Shown one piece after another: positions 1 through 63,980 of a stretch of 64,000 nt of DNA. The translations under genes were made by a program, and so were the position numbers. The notes under the pieces were generated by a model. The model had not been told where the DNA came from. It searched no databases and saw only the letters and a list, made by a program, of their open reading frames with translations. The number at the start of each line of letters is the position of its first letter. Position 1 is the stretch's first letter. This stretch comes from Amoebidium appalachense (taxonomy: Eukaryota > Protista > Ichthyosporea), in NCBI GenBank assembly GCA_963693365.1, contig CAVNZM010000002.1:9459059-9523058 (forward strand), read 5' to 3'.

Positions 1-12842
<12,842 letters not shown>

Positions 12843-15356
12843 CTGCGTGTGACCAAACCACCCCCCCCCCAAAAAAAAAATACGCAAAAACAAATGAAAC
12901 ACGAGAGAAAAAAAAAGGGTGTGTGTGTGTGAGCCGGGATGCAGTTAAAAATAAGGATTTTTTTATGTGGGAAGGTGAAGGTGAAAGGCAAAAGGGATAG
13001 GGCTGGGGGGGAGGGGGGGAGGGGGGGGGGGGGGGGGGGGGGCGCGGGAGCAAGGGGGACGCTAGTTGGGGGGTAACATGGGTTAAGAAGGCGGACGGGG
13101 AGGAGTGGAGGGTTAAGACCGGGGGGGGGGGGGGGGGGAAGGGTGGAGAGGGGGGGGAAGGGGTGTGGAGGGGGGGAAGAGGAGGGGGGGAAGGGGGGGG
13201 GGGAAGGGGGGGGGGGGGGGGGAGGGGGGGGGGGCATAACAGAAAACAAAATAACACAGCTCTAGTCCGTTTGTACTCATTTCCTCAACCCTTTCTTCCC
13301 GGCCGAAAATGATCGATCTCATTGTATCATTCGTTGCCTTGTCATTTTCCAATTCTTAGCTACATAACACAAGATTTGAGGTCGTGTGTGCCTGTGTACG
13401 CAGAGGTGTTGGTGGCTGGGAGGCGGCAGCCCCCCGGGGGGGGGGGGGGGGGGGGGGGGAGGGGGGGGTCTGGACAATTTCTTTTCCCTTTGAGGGGTTC
13501 CGGGGGGGGGGGGGGGGGAGGGGGGGAGAGGGGGGGGGGGGGGGGGGGGGGAGGGGGGGGGGCTAATCTTAGACAAAACCAGCAAGCGTGATCCTGAGGA
13601 ACAACTGTACCACGTCATACAAAGCCATCCACATCATGCTTCGAGGGGCGTGCTTGCGCTAACGAGCCCAAATACAGTATGTGCTGGTGACAATATGTGT
13701 ATGCGTGGTGATGTGATGCCATCACAGATGTTTTGGTAGCCTGGTGTATGTATGTGTGGTAATGTGGTGTATGTATGTGTGCTGATGGTTCGTACCTTGG
13801 TGGTGGCTGGGAGCCCCTTTTCAAACCCTGTGCCTTTCTCCATGCCTACTCTCAGGTCCCAGGCCCCTATTCCCCCGAATCTGCCCACAGCAACTCTTAG
13901 CAAAAAAAAAAAAAACTGTGTGAGCATAAAGAAAAGTGTAGTGAACTTCGCTGAATCGAGAAGTCGACAGGTGGAGGAGGAGTTCCCGAACAAATAGCAA
14001 GAGCTACAGCGTGGGGTTGAGGCCTGTCTGAGCCCGGGCATCGACTTTCACCAATGAGCAACGTGTACCTCTTCCAACAATGATCCTGTGTATAGATCTC
14101 TTCTAATACAACAGACAACCATTACCTCGCCCCTGCCATGCTACACTCCTTGCATACAGCTTATGAACGTGTTTTCCTTTGTGTATATGTCACTTGTCAT
14201 AGGTATCACTTCCTAGTCCCCCCCCCACCCATTTCTACATCACTTAAACTCCCTAGCCCATCTCCCTCCCCAAAATCTTTTCAAACATTTCTCCTGGCCA
14301 CCGCAACGTTTGAATTCTTCGCGAAAGCACAGACCGACGAACGTGCACACGTATGATACGCAGAAAAAGGCTAACATAAACTCCTGATACGCACTCACAC
14401 AACGCACTTCAGCTCAAACAGGCGAGAACACGCCCCTCAGCTAGTGCATACTTGCCAACGCGCACACGCACTCACGCACTCACGCACTCACGCACGTAGT
14501 GGGCACACACGCATATCCACACAAGTGAGCGCAACACCCACGTGCACGCACACACGATCCACGCACGCCCGCACGCACGCACGCAGACGAAGGCACACAC
14601 AGACCCACGCACATGATGGTGGCATCCAGACACAAGCACCAACAACCCACCCGGCCCACACCTTCACATCCGTGGTGTAACATATAACAGCTGAAACTAA
14701 ACATACGGTTAGAACTTACACTTCTGATAGTAATTTCGGTTTCCTATGCTTCAATCTGCAGCTTGGATTATTCGAGCTCCGACAATCTTACTTCGACAAA
14801 CCTCGCCAGGCTAAGCAAAACACGACTCTGCCCGGTCTGCCGCTGAGTGTGTTTGTTTTTGTTTTGTTTGATAGTTAGTTCTGTCCTGCGCACCAATCAA
14901 ACGGAATGTACTTATCGGTTGGGATCAATAACTCCCTAAAAAGGCTAAAACAGTAAACTGAGATGACGTAATACATTCCACTCGCCGTGACTAGACACGG
15001 TCAACAAGTCTCTCAACAAGTCACAGGCTCGGTTTCTCCGAACCTCTATGAGATTTTCTCTTTCTCTCTCTCTCGCTCTCTTATTCCCCCCCCCCCCCCC
15101 CCCTCCCCCCCTCCCCCCCCCCCCCCCCCCACCCGCCCGCTCGTTCCCCCCCCCCCCCCCCCTTTCCCTCACCTTCTCTAGATCTCTCTTCCTTTCCATC
15201 TCCCACTTCCTCTCCTGATCCATTCGCCACTTTCCCTCTCCCCTGAGTCCCGTCTCGAACTCCCTCTCCCTCCCGGGCTCCCTCTCCCTAGTCCGTTACT
15301 CCTCTCCCTATCAAGTCCCCCCCCACCCCCCTTCTCTCTTGCTTTCATACTCTTTA

Positions 15357-15387
<31 letters not shown>

Positions 15388-15458
15388 GTGTGTCCCTCTC
15401 TCCCTCTCTTCCCCCTTCCCGTCCTCTCTCTCTCTCTCTCCCTCTCTCTCTCCGTCGC

Positions 15459-15492
<34 letters not shown>

Positions 15493-16891
15493 CCCCCTCC
15501 CCCCACCCACACACAAAAGAAAGACAATCTGAAGAAAAGAACAGAAAAAAAATGAATGGATAAAAGGAAAACTTTGACAAGTTAAAGAAATAACGAAAGA
15601 AAAAAAGATGGCCCGAAACGTATACAGTATTACCAGGTCTTTCACACCACCGGTACCCGACAACGAATCTCAATTCAATATTCGAAAGAGTTTCACCTGG
15701 TGGGGCTTTTTTTTCGCCTGCTGAGTGGTAGAAGCCGTGTCAGTCAGTAGGCAATCCCCCCCCCCCCCCCCCCCCCCCCTCCCCCTGCCCGCCCCGTCCT
15801 GGAAACCGATGTCAAGGTGCCCGCTTCACTTGCAAATTGCCAGTACAATGTGTCAATGAGAGGTTCTGAAGGCTTTGCGTGCGGGGGGAGAGGGGGGAGG
15901 GGGAGGGGGGGAGAAGGGGAGGGGGAGGGGGGGGGGGGGAAGAAGGGGAAGGGGAGGGGGGGGGGGGGAAGGGGGGGGGAGGGGGGGGGGGGGGAGGGGG
16001 GAGAGAAGGGGCCGGGGGAGGGGGGGAGGGGGGGATAAAGCTGTGTGTATGCGTGCTTGTGACAGTGTACACTTGGGGGGCTGGGGGGTGGGGGGGGGGG
16101 GGGGTGGGTCATTAAATGCAGTGCATCATACACCATGCACCATATCAGAATGACTATGTCAGTTTGAGCCAGTAATGCGGAAAGGGTGGCGCTGACAATC
16201 ATGAACCAAAACATAGTGAAATGGTGAAAATTAGTCCAAAGGGTGCGAAGTTGAATAATTTATGGTCACCTATAAATCATGTTTCACCGAAATTTGTAAA
16301 ATCAAAAAGCAACAGCAAGTTATTGTACATATAACTTAATTAAGTGAGAATGGGAAAAATTCAGACCTACAAGTTTGTCGTAGAAGGTCAACTCAAGGCC
16401 CCGACAGCTGGAGGCAAAGCAAGCCGGACCGGGTCTTTGCTGATTTTGAACTTTGCATTAAGCCCAATAGACGTAAGCTCCAGTGAGCTGAGAGCATATA
16501 TATTGAATGGCCGTTGAACTTCAACTAAATTTTAAACTGTAAAGGGTCACACCAGGCAAATATGACTCAACTCGCATCAGCATCTTATATCTATCAATAC
16601 GTCTGAAACTCAATCCTTCCCCCCCCCCCCCCCACACACACACACACACACACTCACACACACTCACCAAAAAACAAAAAAGGGGGGGGGGGGGGGGGGG
16701 ATTTGAAAGAAAGAAAGAGAAAACAAAAACAAGCCTTACATCATGCATTGTCAACTGTCACCACCTTCTATCTGGTTTCGAAAAAAAACCAGGCAAAATA
16801 GACAATTACTGGAACGCGTGCGTACTCCTGTCCTTGGAACCACAACGCGGCATATGTATGCTGCAAATTTCTCATATTAACAATAGAATGT

Positions 16892-24975
<8,084 letters not shown>

Positions 24976-25906
24976 TGTAGTTCGTATATTACAGTGCACT
25001 TACGTGTTTCTAGTCGTTCATCAATATCTTTGGTGTTTTTTTTACTACTAAGTTAACCTGAACGACTCCACTCTCGGACCTGGACTATATTTCAGTATTG
25101 CGAACACTGCTACACTCCGCAACCGTGATATCGACCAGATAAACCAAGAGGGCTAGCCCGCGCTGTAGTTGTTCCAGAGAAGAAACTTGCCACGTTTTTC
25201 CTGAACTTGTGTACAGCTGCACTACATAAATAATGCTAAACCTCCTATCTGCTCTTTCACCATCTGGACTGGATGTGGGGTAGAAGTAATTCACTGTGCA
25301 CGTGGCGAAATAATATGGTAAGTGATAAAAACAAATTTGTTGCTGCACAAAAGAAAAAGCAGCATGCATATATCATCAACTTCGATGAAATGACCATCGA
25401 AGGGGGCGACCTGGGCGCCCCCCTCCTTTTCAGGCCTGGTACAAGATCGCACGGGTCTGAATTCGAACTTCTGCGTGAATCATTGAGCCAGCTGCAGGAA
25501 AGTTCCTCTCAGTAAGAATTGGAGGTTCGAGCCGTTTAGATTTACCAGTGAAACGCACAATGTCCAAAAATACTCCTACTGTTTGCTTTTTTCTTTCTTT
25601 TTTTAAAAAAAAAAAAATTATTTAGGTTGTGCCCTGCCCGTTGAAGTTATCGGTTGCAATATGGTTTGAGCATGGAAGTGACCCTCGGATACATAGCTCT
25701 CGTGAACCCGTCACAAAATGACACCTCGGGAGTCGGGATCTATTCTGGATCTATTGAATATCCCGCGGCGGTGCGCTCCGCACCAATAGAACCAAAACAT
25801 TCATAGCCTGATGACGTCACAGATCGGACAGCGGCAGCGCCTATGGTTAGGCCGCTTAGGACAACACACACAAATATGCACCTATGTAGCTACTCAGTCC
25901 CCCCCG

Positions 25907-25946
<40 letters not shown>

Positions 25947-27112
25947 CCCCCCTCCCCCCCCCCCCCCTCCCCCCTTCCCCCCCTTCGCACACACACAAAG
26001 TCCCGGTCCACCCGCTCTCTCTCTCTTGCCCCCCCCGCCCCGGCCTCCCCCCCCCCCCCCCCCCCCCCCTTCTTTTTTTTGGGGGGGGGGTTCCCCCCTC
26101 CCCCGCCACCTCAGCCCCCGGTAATCCTGTCTCCTCTTCCGCCCCTCCTCAAACATATAACTACCCAGCGCACTCCACATACAAACCCGCCTCACCATTA
26201 GCCAGTTCAAATAAGCAATAGCACTTCCGGGCAGTTGACGAGACACTGTGCAAATGCACATCGGACCGTTCGCGGACTGACGGTTTTTTTTTTATATATA
26301 AAAATCATATTGCGCTCGGGAGCCTCATAACTTCATCAAATTGAATATAAATAAAATCCTCATTAGCCGCCTTTTGTGTTGTTATCCATGCATATATAAT
26401 ATTGTAATCCGGACACTTGTTTCGAAGAGCATTTCGGGTACATAGATATCCTTGATTATGACCAAAGTGGACGTCGACTGAGCTTCAAGTTGTATGTCTG
26501 TATGTAGAAATACCGAGGTGACCATGATGTACGAGTGGAGGTGAAAGACAGTTGTATGCCAACAATATCACGTGCACGTGCAGATATGGCGACACGTGCA
26601 CATACCAGTAATGATTATGTACATTTACACTGACCGGAATCTGATCATGTATGTCATGTACGGGCATCCCGTTCGGAGAGCTCGAGAAGCCCGGCGAATT
26701 CTTGCACAGAAAACACTTATTATTGGAATAATGAAGCCACGCGGCAGTCAGCCAATGCCTCTGTCTGACGGCAGGGGATTTGCACTATTAGTGGGGGGGG
26801 GGGGGGGGGGGGGAGGGGGGAGGGGGGGGTATGTCGTCTTCGGGCAGCTGGGATGTGGTCGTGTGTGTGTATATGTGTGTTCCGGGGGGGGGGGGGGGGG
26901 GGGGGAGGGGGAGGGGGGCTGTCGCACCGGGGGGGGGGGGGGGGGGGGGAGGGGGGGAGGAGGGAAGGAGGGGGGAGGAAGAGGACCGGGGGAGGGGGGG
27001 GGGGGGGAGGTATTTAATGCGGCTCCAACAGTCGTTGCAATTATGTGTATCACCCAAAGGTTCGTGGTATAGAATTATTTGTATATATGAACGGCTAAAC
27101 CAAACCCAAGGT

Positions 27113-27155
<43 letters not shown>

Positions 27156-27164
27156 AAAAAAAAA

Positions 27165-27196
<32 letters not shown>

Positions 27197-27377
27197 AGGA
27201 GGGAAAAAAAAAAAAAAAAAAAAAAGAAGAAGCAGAAAGACGAAAAAAATATGTAACAGAGAGAGCGGAAGGCGAGGCACCACAAACACAGATAAAACGA
27301 AAGAAAGAAGCGAAGACAACTCCCCCAGGCCTGCTCCCGTCCCTCAGACCCTCCGCTTTGAAACTCTTCCAGGATCC

Positions 27378-27437
<60 letters not shown>

Positions 27438-27716
27438 AAAGCGAGACCCTTCCCTCCCAGCTGCACTCCCCCCGTCTCCCCCCCCCCCCCCCCCAACCCC
27501 CCGGCCACCTCAACCTTCTCCCACCCCCTTCCCCCATTGAGATAAGACAATAAAAAATCAGGATTGACACATTTAAGGATATGGTTCCTCAAAGTGACAT
27601 GTCCAACTTGTGGCCCGAGTCCCATGAGTCCATGTTTTCTTGGCCACCCCTTATCCTGTTAGTGTGTTGTGTGTGCGAGTGTGTGTGCGTGTGAGTGTAT
27701 GTGCGTGTCTGTGCGG

Positions 27717-27747
<31 letters not shown>

Positions 27748-27764
27748 TATGTGTGTGTGTGTGT

Positions 27765-27841
<77 letters not shown>

Positions 27842-28003
27842 TGTGTGTTTGATTGTGCCGTGTGTGGATGGGTGGTTGGCACCCGGTGCGCGTCAAGCTC
27901 TCTATTTCTCCTCTCTCGCAGACTTCTACTCTCCCGCTCTTCGAAAACCCCTCCCGAGTCCACACGTCTCCTCTCAGGCTCTCTCTCTCTTACCTCCCCC
28001 CTT

Positions 28004-28155
<152 letters not shown>

Positions 28156-28409
28156 TGCCTCTCTCTCCAAAGTTCTCTCTCTCTCTCTCTCTCATCCCCC
28201 CCTCCACCCTCCTCTGTATCACTCAGAATCTCTGAGACTCCCACATTACTCGTTTCTTGTTTTCGAATCGTGTGTGCCACGTGTTTTTGGGAAAGTGTTT
28301 GTGCGTATGTGAGTGAATGTAAGTGAGTGAGTGAGTGTGTGTGTGTGTGTGCGCGCGCGCGTGTGCGTGTACTCGCGTCTGTGGGCACGTGTGTGCACGT
28401 GTGTGCACA

Positions 28410-28485
<76 letters not shown>

Positions 28486-28644
28486 TGTTTGTGTTACACT
28501 GTGTGTGTGAGTGTTTCTGTTATCTGTTGTGTGTGTGTGTGAGTGTAGGTGTGTTGGAGTGTGAGAGTCTGTAAGAGTATGTGTAAGTGTGACTGTGTGT
28601 GTGCGAGTGTGAGTGTATGTGCAAGTAGGTGTGTGTGTGTTCGT

Positions 28645-29046
<402 letters not shown>

Positions 29047-29304
29047 ACGCGTGTTTGCATATGTGTGCGTGTGTTTGAGGATGCTTGTGTGTGTGTGTGT
29101 GCGTGTATGTGTGTGTGTGTGTGCGCGCGCGCATCTGTGCGTGTACGTGTGTGTGTGTGCATGCACGCGAGAGAGGGTATTGGGTTTCTTCTTTTTTTTT
29201 GGGGGGGGGGGGGGGGGAGGGGGGGGGGAGGGAGAAGGGGGGGGGAGGGGAGGAATTTTTATGCCAAGGGTTTCTCTTTCCTTTTTCTTTTTCTTTTTTT
29301 TTTT

Positions 29305-29345
<41 letters not shown>

Positions 29346-29714
29346 ATATAGGCTTACGTGCTGACCGGGGCCGTTACATTTGGTAGAGGCCTCATAATCT
29401 TGGCTCTGACATATGTTTATTCAATTTCTTCAACAAAAGAGGGGAGAATGGTTTATAAAAAGACAAAACAGGAAAACTTTAATAATAATAAAAATTTAAA
29501 AGTTTTACTTCGTCTAAAAAGGCACATGCATTACAAGCCAATCTCTCCACATTCAATCTTATTTAAGGGTTGTAAATTAATTCTTCTGTGAGGGTGTTGA
29601 TGGAATAACCTCGCCTTCACCTGTAAGGCTTTTACTCACGGTATTTTACTTTATTTCATTCTTTCACTGCCCGGGGCTACCTCCGTAGATTTTCCCTAAT
29701 GCAACGGTTTCTTA

Positions 29715-29756
<42 letters not shown>

Positions 29757-30006
29757 CCCACCCACCCACCCACACACACACACACACGCAAAAAGGCACC
29801 CGAATTTCCTTTCTTCATTATGTCCGAGCATTCTCGTTTGATTCGAGCGAGTATCCAATAAAGAGCGCTTTATAAATTTAAAGATAAAAGGTTTAAAAAA
29901 CGGGCGAAAGTATCATACCCATCTCGGAATTCCGGAAGCCACGATGCCCGATTGTATGGATGAGTAACTTATACATGCTTTCTCGTGCGCCTGGCCAGGC
30001 CCTTCA

Positions 30007-37300
<7,294 letters not shown>

Positions 37301-38152
37301 TCTGCCGGATTGATTTGGTTATTTATTATTTATTGACTGAGAACAAAAAAGCCGTGCTTCGGGGTTCATTAAAGACGGGCAATACAGCATGGCACATATG
37401 TTTTTGGACTACTGTAACCCCAGCAGTTATTATGTTTTTTTTTTTAAGCCGAGGACATTGTATTGAATCCGATTGCAATTGAGCTACTAGTTCTCAACAA
37501 AAGGCGCTGACTCAATACACGGTTGAACAGTTGGGGATCGATCGAGTTACCTCACAAAGAAAATTGCTATATATCTGAAAAATAAAGTTGGCTAGCCGGA
37601 GTCACCCTGTCGCGTGCGGAAGCGACTGACACATCACACGCGCCTCTCCTGCCTTTTCTATTTGATATGACGTACGCACGACTGGTCATTAGCCTCGTCT
37701 CGGCTCGCGTTGGTTTGCAACGTTAACCGTCGAAACGTTGATCGCACCAGTGTGGTGACAATCATTCTGATTCGCTCGAATATTTGAATATTAAAAGTTC
37801 TCAGAATTTCTGGCCTCGCAACCATAATATATATGCAATGCATGTATAAGTATACATACAAACACATACACACACACACAAAAAGAAACACGTATAAATA
37901 TAACAATTCATCAACTTATTCAACTCGATACAGTTTTCAACAAGTTTCTCGTGTGCGCGCGGGATCTTGCGAGCTCACGTACACAGGGTAGCTAGCTACA
38001 CGTACACCGTACGGCCGATTTGGCGCCAAAAAGATTTCGTTGAGAATGCCGCATGATTGGAGGGATTGTAAGTGATGCTTCGGTGCGGGTGCAACCAATA
38101 GGAACGAGGAATAGGTTCAATAGATCGATGGCAGGCAGGCGGGCCGTGCGCT

Positions 38153-38635
38153 GGTGAGTTGCGACATAATGTGTGTGTGCGTGTGCGCACGCGTGTGTGT
38201 GTGTGTGCGTGCGTAAGGCTGTTTGTGTGTGTGTGTTTTTGTGTGCGTGTATGATGAGTGTGCATGTGTGTGTGTCTGCGTGTGTGCGTGATCGAGTGAA
38301 TGCACACACGTGTAGATGTGCGTGTACTGTATGCACATTTGTGTATGCGGATGCGTGCATGTGTGTGCTTGTTTGTGTGTCCGTGCGTGTACGTGTGTGT
38401 GTGTGGCAGGGGAAAGAGGGGAGGAGGGCTGGGTGTGCGCTGCGAGTTGTGGCTCTGTATGAATATGGATAAATGAAAATAAGAAAGGCCTTCCAAGTTC
38501 CTAGCTCAGTCCTCCCTCTCCTTCTCTCTCAGCTCTCTCACACTCTATCCCCCCCCCCCCCCCCCCCCCATCTCCCTCCCTCTCTCTGTTTCTCTCCCTC
38601 TCCCTCCCCCCTCCCTCTATCTCTCTCTCTTTCTG

Positions 38636-38667
<32 letters not shown>

Positions 38668-38840
38668 CCCCCCCCCCCCCTCCCCCCCTCCTCTCTCTTT
38701 CTATGTCTCTCTCTCTCTCTCTCTCCCTCTCTCTCTCTCTGTCTCTCTCTCTCTCTCTCCCCGGCTCTCTCTCTCTATCCTAACTAACCCTGCCCCCCCC
38801 CCCCCTCTCCCCCCCCCCCCCCCTCTCTCTCTCTCTCTCT

Positions 38841-38871
<31 letters not shown>

Positions 38872-39476
38872 TCAGAGCTCTCTCATACTCTCAATCTCCT
38901 CCCATATAAAGGGAAATTCTCGGACCGAGAAGCTTTTGCGCTGAAACTAATCCAAGAGCAGCCAGGATTATTTTGCCCTCTATTGTTACCAGTGTCCGCC
39001 TTTCTGCCCTGCAGTTGCCAGGCCATCATCATGACGGTCACACACGTCGTGTGAGTGTGAGTGCTAGTGGTTTTGGGTATGTGCCCGTATGTGTATGACG
39101 GATGAAGGGGGGAGAAGGAAAAAAATAATCCTGGCTGCTCTTGGATTAGTTTCAGCGCAAAAGCTTCTCGGTCCGAGAATTTCCCTTTATATGGGAGGAG
39201 ATTGAGAGTATGAGAGATGAAGGGCAGACACACACACATGCACACTCATCATACACGCACACAAAAACACACACACACAAACAGCCTTACGCACGCACAC
39301 ACACACACACGTGCGCACACGCACACACACATTATGTCGCAACTCACCTTCATCCGTCATACACATACGGGCACATACCCAAAACCACTAGCACTCACAC
39401 TCACACGACGTGTGTGACCGTCATGATGATGGCCTGGCAACTGCAGGGCAGAAAGGCGGACACTGGTAACAATAGA
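38153..39476. repeat. Three interleaved inverted repeats, order A..B C B' A' C'
   Basis: A 38153-38278 pairs with A' 39225-39348; B 38879-38974 with B' 39122-39217; C 38978-39108 with C' 39347-39476. All are near-perfect reverse complements. Confidence 0.92.
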
Positions 39477-39560
39477 TCATGCATGTACATTTTTTACTGA
39501 ATGTAGAACTAACATAGGTATCATGGATTGTTAAAGGTCATGAAAGGATTGGGATAGAAA

Positions 39561-39593
<33 letters not shown>

Positions 39594-40484
39594 CAGTTAC
39601 TGCATGGCCTTTGGGGGGGGGGGGGGGGGGGGGGGGAGGGAGGAGGGGGGAGGGGTGGGGGGAGAGGAAGGGGAGAGAGGGTTCCTGCGGAAAGGGAGGA
39701 GGGGTGGGGATCCGGAGGGAGGAGGTGGGGGAGGGGAGGGGGGGTAGGTGGGAGGACTGGCAGAGATCAAATGCTAAACACTTTGCATACTACAATTGCC
39801 TCGACGATCGTGCATATCATGATAATGTAGGAGATACACATGGAAGAGAGAGAGTCAAAAACTCAGTGAAGGATTGGTCCAGGAATAGGAATTCATTCAA
39901 GTAGCCTACTATAGATGGGTCGACCCTTATAATGCTATCTCGTACTAATTGACACATATGAAATGAATACACCAATCAAATGCGACCAAATAATCTGCCA
40001 CAAGTTGCTATGTGTCACGCAGTGACATGCGGCAACTTTTGTGCAGCGCAAAGGAGCGCAAACTCCGGACTCGACGTGGGGCCGTAGGCCGGCAGCAGCC
40101 CTTGCACCCAGCTGGAGCTGCTAGACCACATGATGGCGGAGGTTTGGCCTGGCCTCACATGCACGCAGCGGAGATCATCAGGCTGCACAGGTGTGGCTTT
40201 TTGGATTCTATACAATATCAATATTTCATCGGTCTGGCACACCGACTGTGAAGCTTTGTTTGCTTGTTGGATTGGCCGCCCCAGATAATCTCATGAGCAC
40301 TCAACCGAGTGTGTACACACACTGCACGGCATGTACATCCACCATGGCCAGTTGTGCATGCATAACCGGTTGCCCTTGAGTTCTTGAGAGTAAGTGAGAA
40401 GCTATACTACTAACTAAGCTTAAGAGAGAGATCTGGAAAAATCTAAAGCGATCTGCGAGACTCTGAAACACGGCACACACACCT

Positions 40485-40585
<101 letters not shown>

Positions 40586-40625
40586 AACGCACACACACAC
40601 ATGTACACACACACACACGTACACA

Positions 40626-40656
<31 letters not shown>

Positions 40657-40685
40657 CCTATAGTACTCTAGATCTATAGGGGGGG

Positions 40686-40726
<41 letters not shown>

Positions 40727-40839
40727 AGGGAGAGAGGGAGGGAGGGAGAGAGAGAGAGAGAGAGAGAGAGCGTCGGAAGGAGAGAGAGAGATCTGAGAGA
40801 GAGAGAAAGAGAGAGAGAGCCTCGGGGAGAGGGGTTGGG

Positions 40840-41088
<249 letters not shown>

Positions 41089-42462
41089 AAGAGAGAGGCT
41101 AAGGCGGCCGGAGATGAGAGACTCTGAGCTCGAGGAGAGAGACTCTCAGGAGCCTCCGCGGCTCATGCAGCTGGGCCAAAGCTGTTAGCCAAATATAGCT
41201 TATCTGATCAACTTTGAGATAATCATATTTGGTTTATCTGATAAGTTTTCCCCGGGCCGGCACAGTACTAGGAAGACAGTTTGAAAGTGAACGGACAGTC
41301 GCGACACACCAGTGAGAGCCGCTGACGTGCTCGAGGGAGAGAGAGAGAGAGAGAGTGTGTGTGTGAAAGAGAGAAGGAACAGAGTCCCTTTTGTAGAGAC
41401 TGAAGAGCTTCACTGCTGAGAATAGCAAGCAGATATAGGGGGTTACTAGGGTGCTTTGGGTTAAGAATTCAAATGGAAGGCGAGCACGAGCATCTACTTG
41501 TTATGCAAGAAAGAGGGGGAAGACTTCGGGTGTAGTAGAACTCTATCATAGTATTAACAGATTACAAGGGGGTTTCCTTAAATTAGAGAACTAGCAGGCT
41601 ATGCAAATGAATGCGATATAGCAGCTGGCTGGTTGCCAGCAAAACCACATCCGCAGAGAGCATTCCACTGAGGGGCACCCCAACAGGGGGTGAATAGGGA
41701 AGTTACTGGGTGGATCACCTGGTTGGGTGCTAGAAAACGGCAACATGAATTGGGTCAAGAACCTCGTGGACAAAGTAAAGGCTTCAGAGGAGACCTCGGC
41801 GTTCAGCTCAAGTCGAGTGTAAGTTTTTTTGGGTTTACGTTTTCGTGATTGATCACGTAGATCCTGGGTTACATTGTCTTGGTTTTGCCTTCTTTTTCTT
41901 TCCCTTGGGCTGTGGCGGTGTAGTTTCAAGGGGAAGTATTGAGATCGAGGTAGCTTTCTTTTCTACGACGAAGAGAACATTCCAACGTTACAAAAACACG
42001 ACTGACTATCACGGGTACGTTTTAACTCATCGTAGAGTCCATCGAGAGCAACTGAAACGGGGGAGCACACCCAACAAAAACTGTTCTATCCTCGTCCGTC
42101 TTTTCGGCCTAGGAAGCGATTCAGCCAGTTCAACGTGGGATATAGGACGTGTCCATACACTTTTATGTTGAGGATGACAAGCTGGCTTCTGGGCGTGGTG
42201 TGTCTGTTAGCACATACCGGCAAGCTGTTGAACCACAACAAGATCCTGAGCTCCACACCTGAACTTGTGCAGCTAAGTAGTCATGGGGACGCAACAAGCC
42301 TCATGGTTGCAGTGAAACATGACCAATAATGCAAAAAGGCAGGGTCAAGTTTTAGAAATCAAAAAAGGTACAATCACACACATCTAGTTTTTTTGTATGG
42401 GCACTTTGATATTCCCGACATGATCTTTTATTTTTGTTATTCCCCCAGTTGCTGCTGCTTGC

Positions 42463-42497
<35 letters not shown>

Positions 42498-43023
42498 CCT
42501 CCCTCCCCCCGCTCCCCTCCCCCCCTCCCCCCCCCCCCCCCCCCCCCCTCCCCCCCCCCCTTCCCCCGCGTTCCCCCCACCGCATGTGGCCGCCAGCCCT
42601 CAACCCCAAATATGCACATACACATTCTATGATGTTTCCTCACTCATCTCTCTTCACCACTTCTTCTTGCTTCTCCCCACCCTCCCCCCCACCCGACCCA
42701 CCCACACCACAACCGCCATCCCGTGTAACTCTCCCCCCCCTTTTGCTTGCTTTTCGCACACTCCTCCTCATTTACCTCTTTTTTCGCCGCTAATATCACT
42801 TTTTCCCCCTGCCTCCTACTCGTTTCCGACTTTGCCACCCCCTCTCCCCCCCACTCCGCCCCCTCCTCCTCCTCCTGACGGGGACACACTTACCCCATAT
42901 CTTTCTGAACCCTTTTATGATTCCTACACAATCTCTCGAAAATCCGCCTCTCCCTGCAAACACATAGGCAGTATCTTTCCCTCCCGTTTTCACGAAGCAC
43001 ATTTTGACTCTTTTCCTGCACAG

Positions 43024-63410
<20,387 letters not shown>

Positions 63411-63625
63411 GTATGTTCCGAAAGTGCCAGGTGTCATGAACACTGGTTTGTTCTTTGTTTTGTGTAAGCTTATGATTCGTTACGTGATTGTGTTTTATCC
63501 TTGTACTGGTTTTGCTATACCTGGGGTTGCTTTTGAAGTTTAGCTATCGAGAAGGCTATACGGTGAAATATTAACACAGAAAAGACACGATTACGATCGT
63601 GGGCCTGCCAACACCCATATGACAG

Positions 63626-63669
<44 letters not shown>

Positions 63670-63835
63670 TTCCGCACCGTGCCTGATATCACACTGACAA
63701 TATTTAAAGGCAACAACTATGCCACTTTTGATAAAAGATGCAGGAACATACGTAACTTGGGATGCAAAACGACATTTAAAACTGTCGATGGACGAAAATT
63801 TGATTCTCAGTGTAGTGAAGAGAGTGGAAGGTTAA

Positions 63836-63980
63836 AGGGGGTTTCTTTCAGGCCGATTTATTGTCATCGCTTTTTGGTCCCCGGCTCGGGCCAAATGCCC
63901 TTTGATGCGCACCAAGCCAATCATATTGCATATACCTCGTTCGGGTCTGACCCGACCCGCATACCTAAAAGAAACCCCCT
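63836..63980. mobile_element. 145-bp TTAA-flanked MITE (Kolobok-like AG..CT termini)
   Basis: TTAA|AGGGGGTTTCTTTCAGG...CCTAAAAGAAACCCCCT|TTAA: 17-bp TIR with one mismatch. Confidence 0.7.

Noticed and set aside
13113-14118. Candidate 5' exons of the beta-galactosidase (ENDKATND..., RVAVGRFGG...)
   Set aside because: Splice sites are plausible, but I found no unambiguous phase-consistent chain or recognisable homology.
25812-25819. TGACGTCA CRE-like site upstream of GPCR-A
   Set aside because: The same 8-mer occurs in an intron and an exon elsewhere in the window, so it is uninformative.
41591-41929. 112-aa basic minus-strand ORF
   Set aside because: No true ATG start, no recognisable motif and no supporting exons.
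42165-42329. Possible WDFY3 first exon (MTSWLLGV)
   Set aside because: Its phase cannot be matched confidently to the phase-2 acceptor at 43024.
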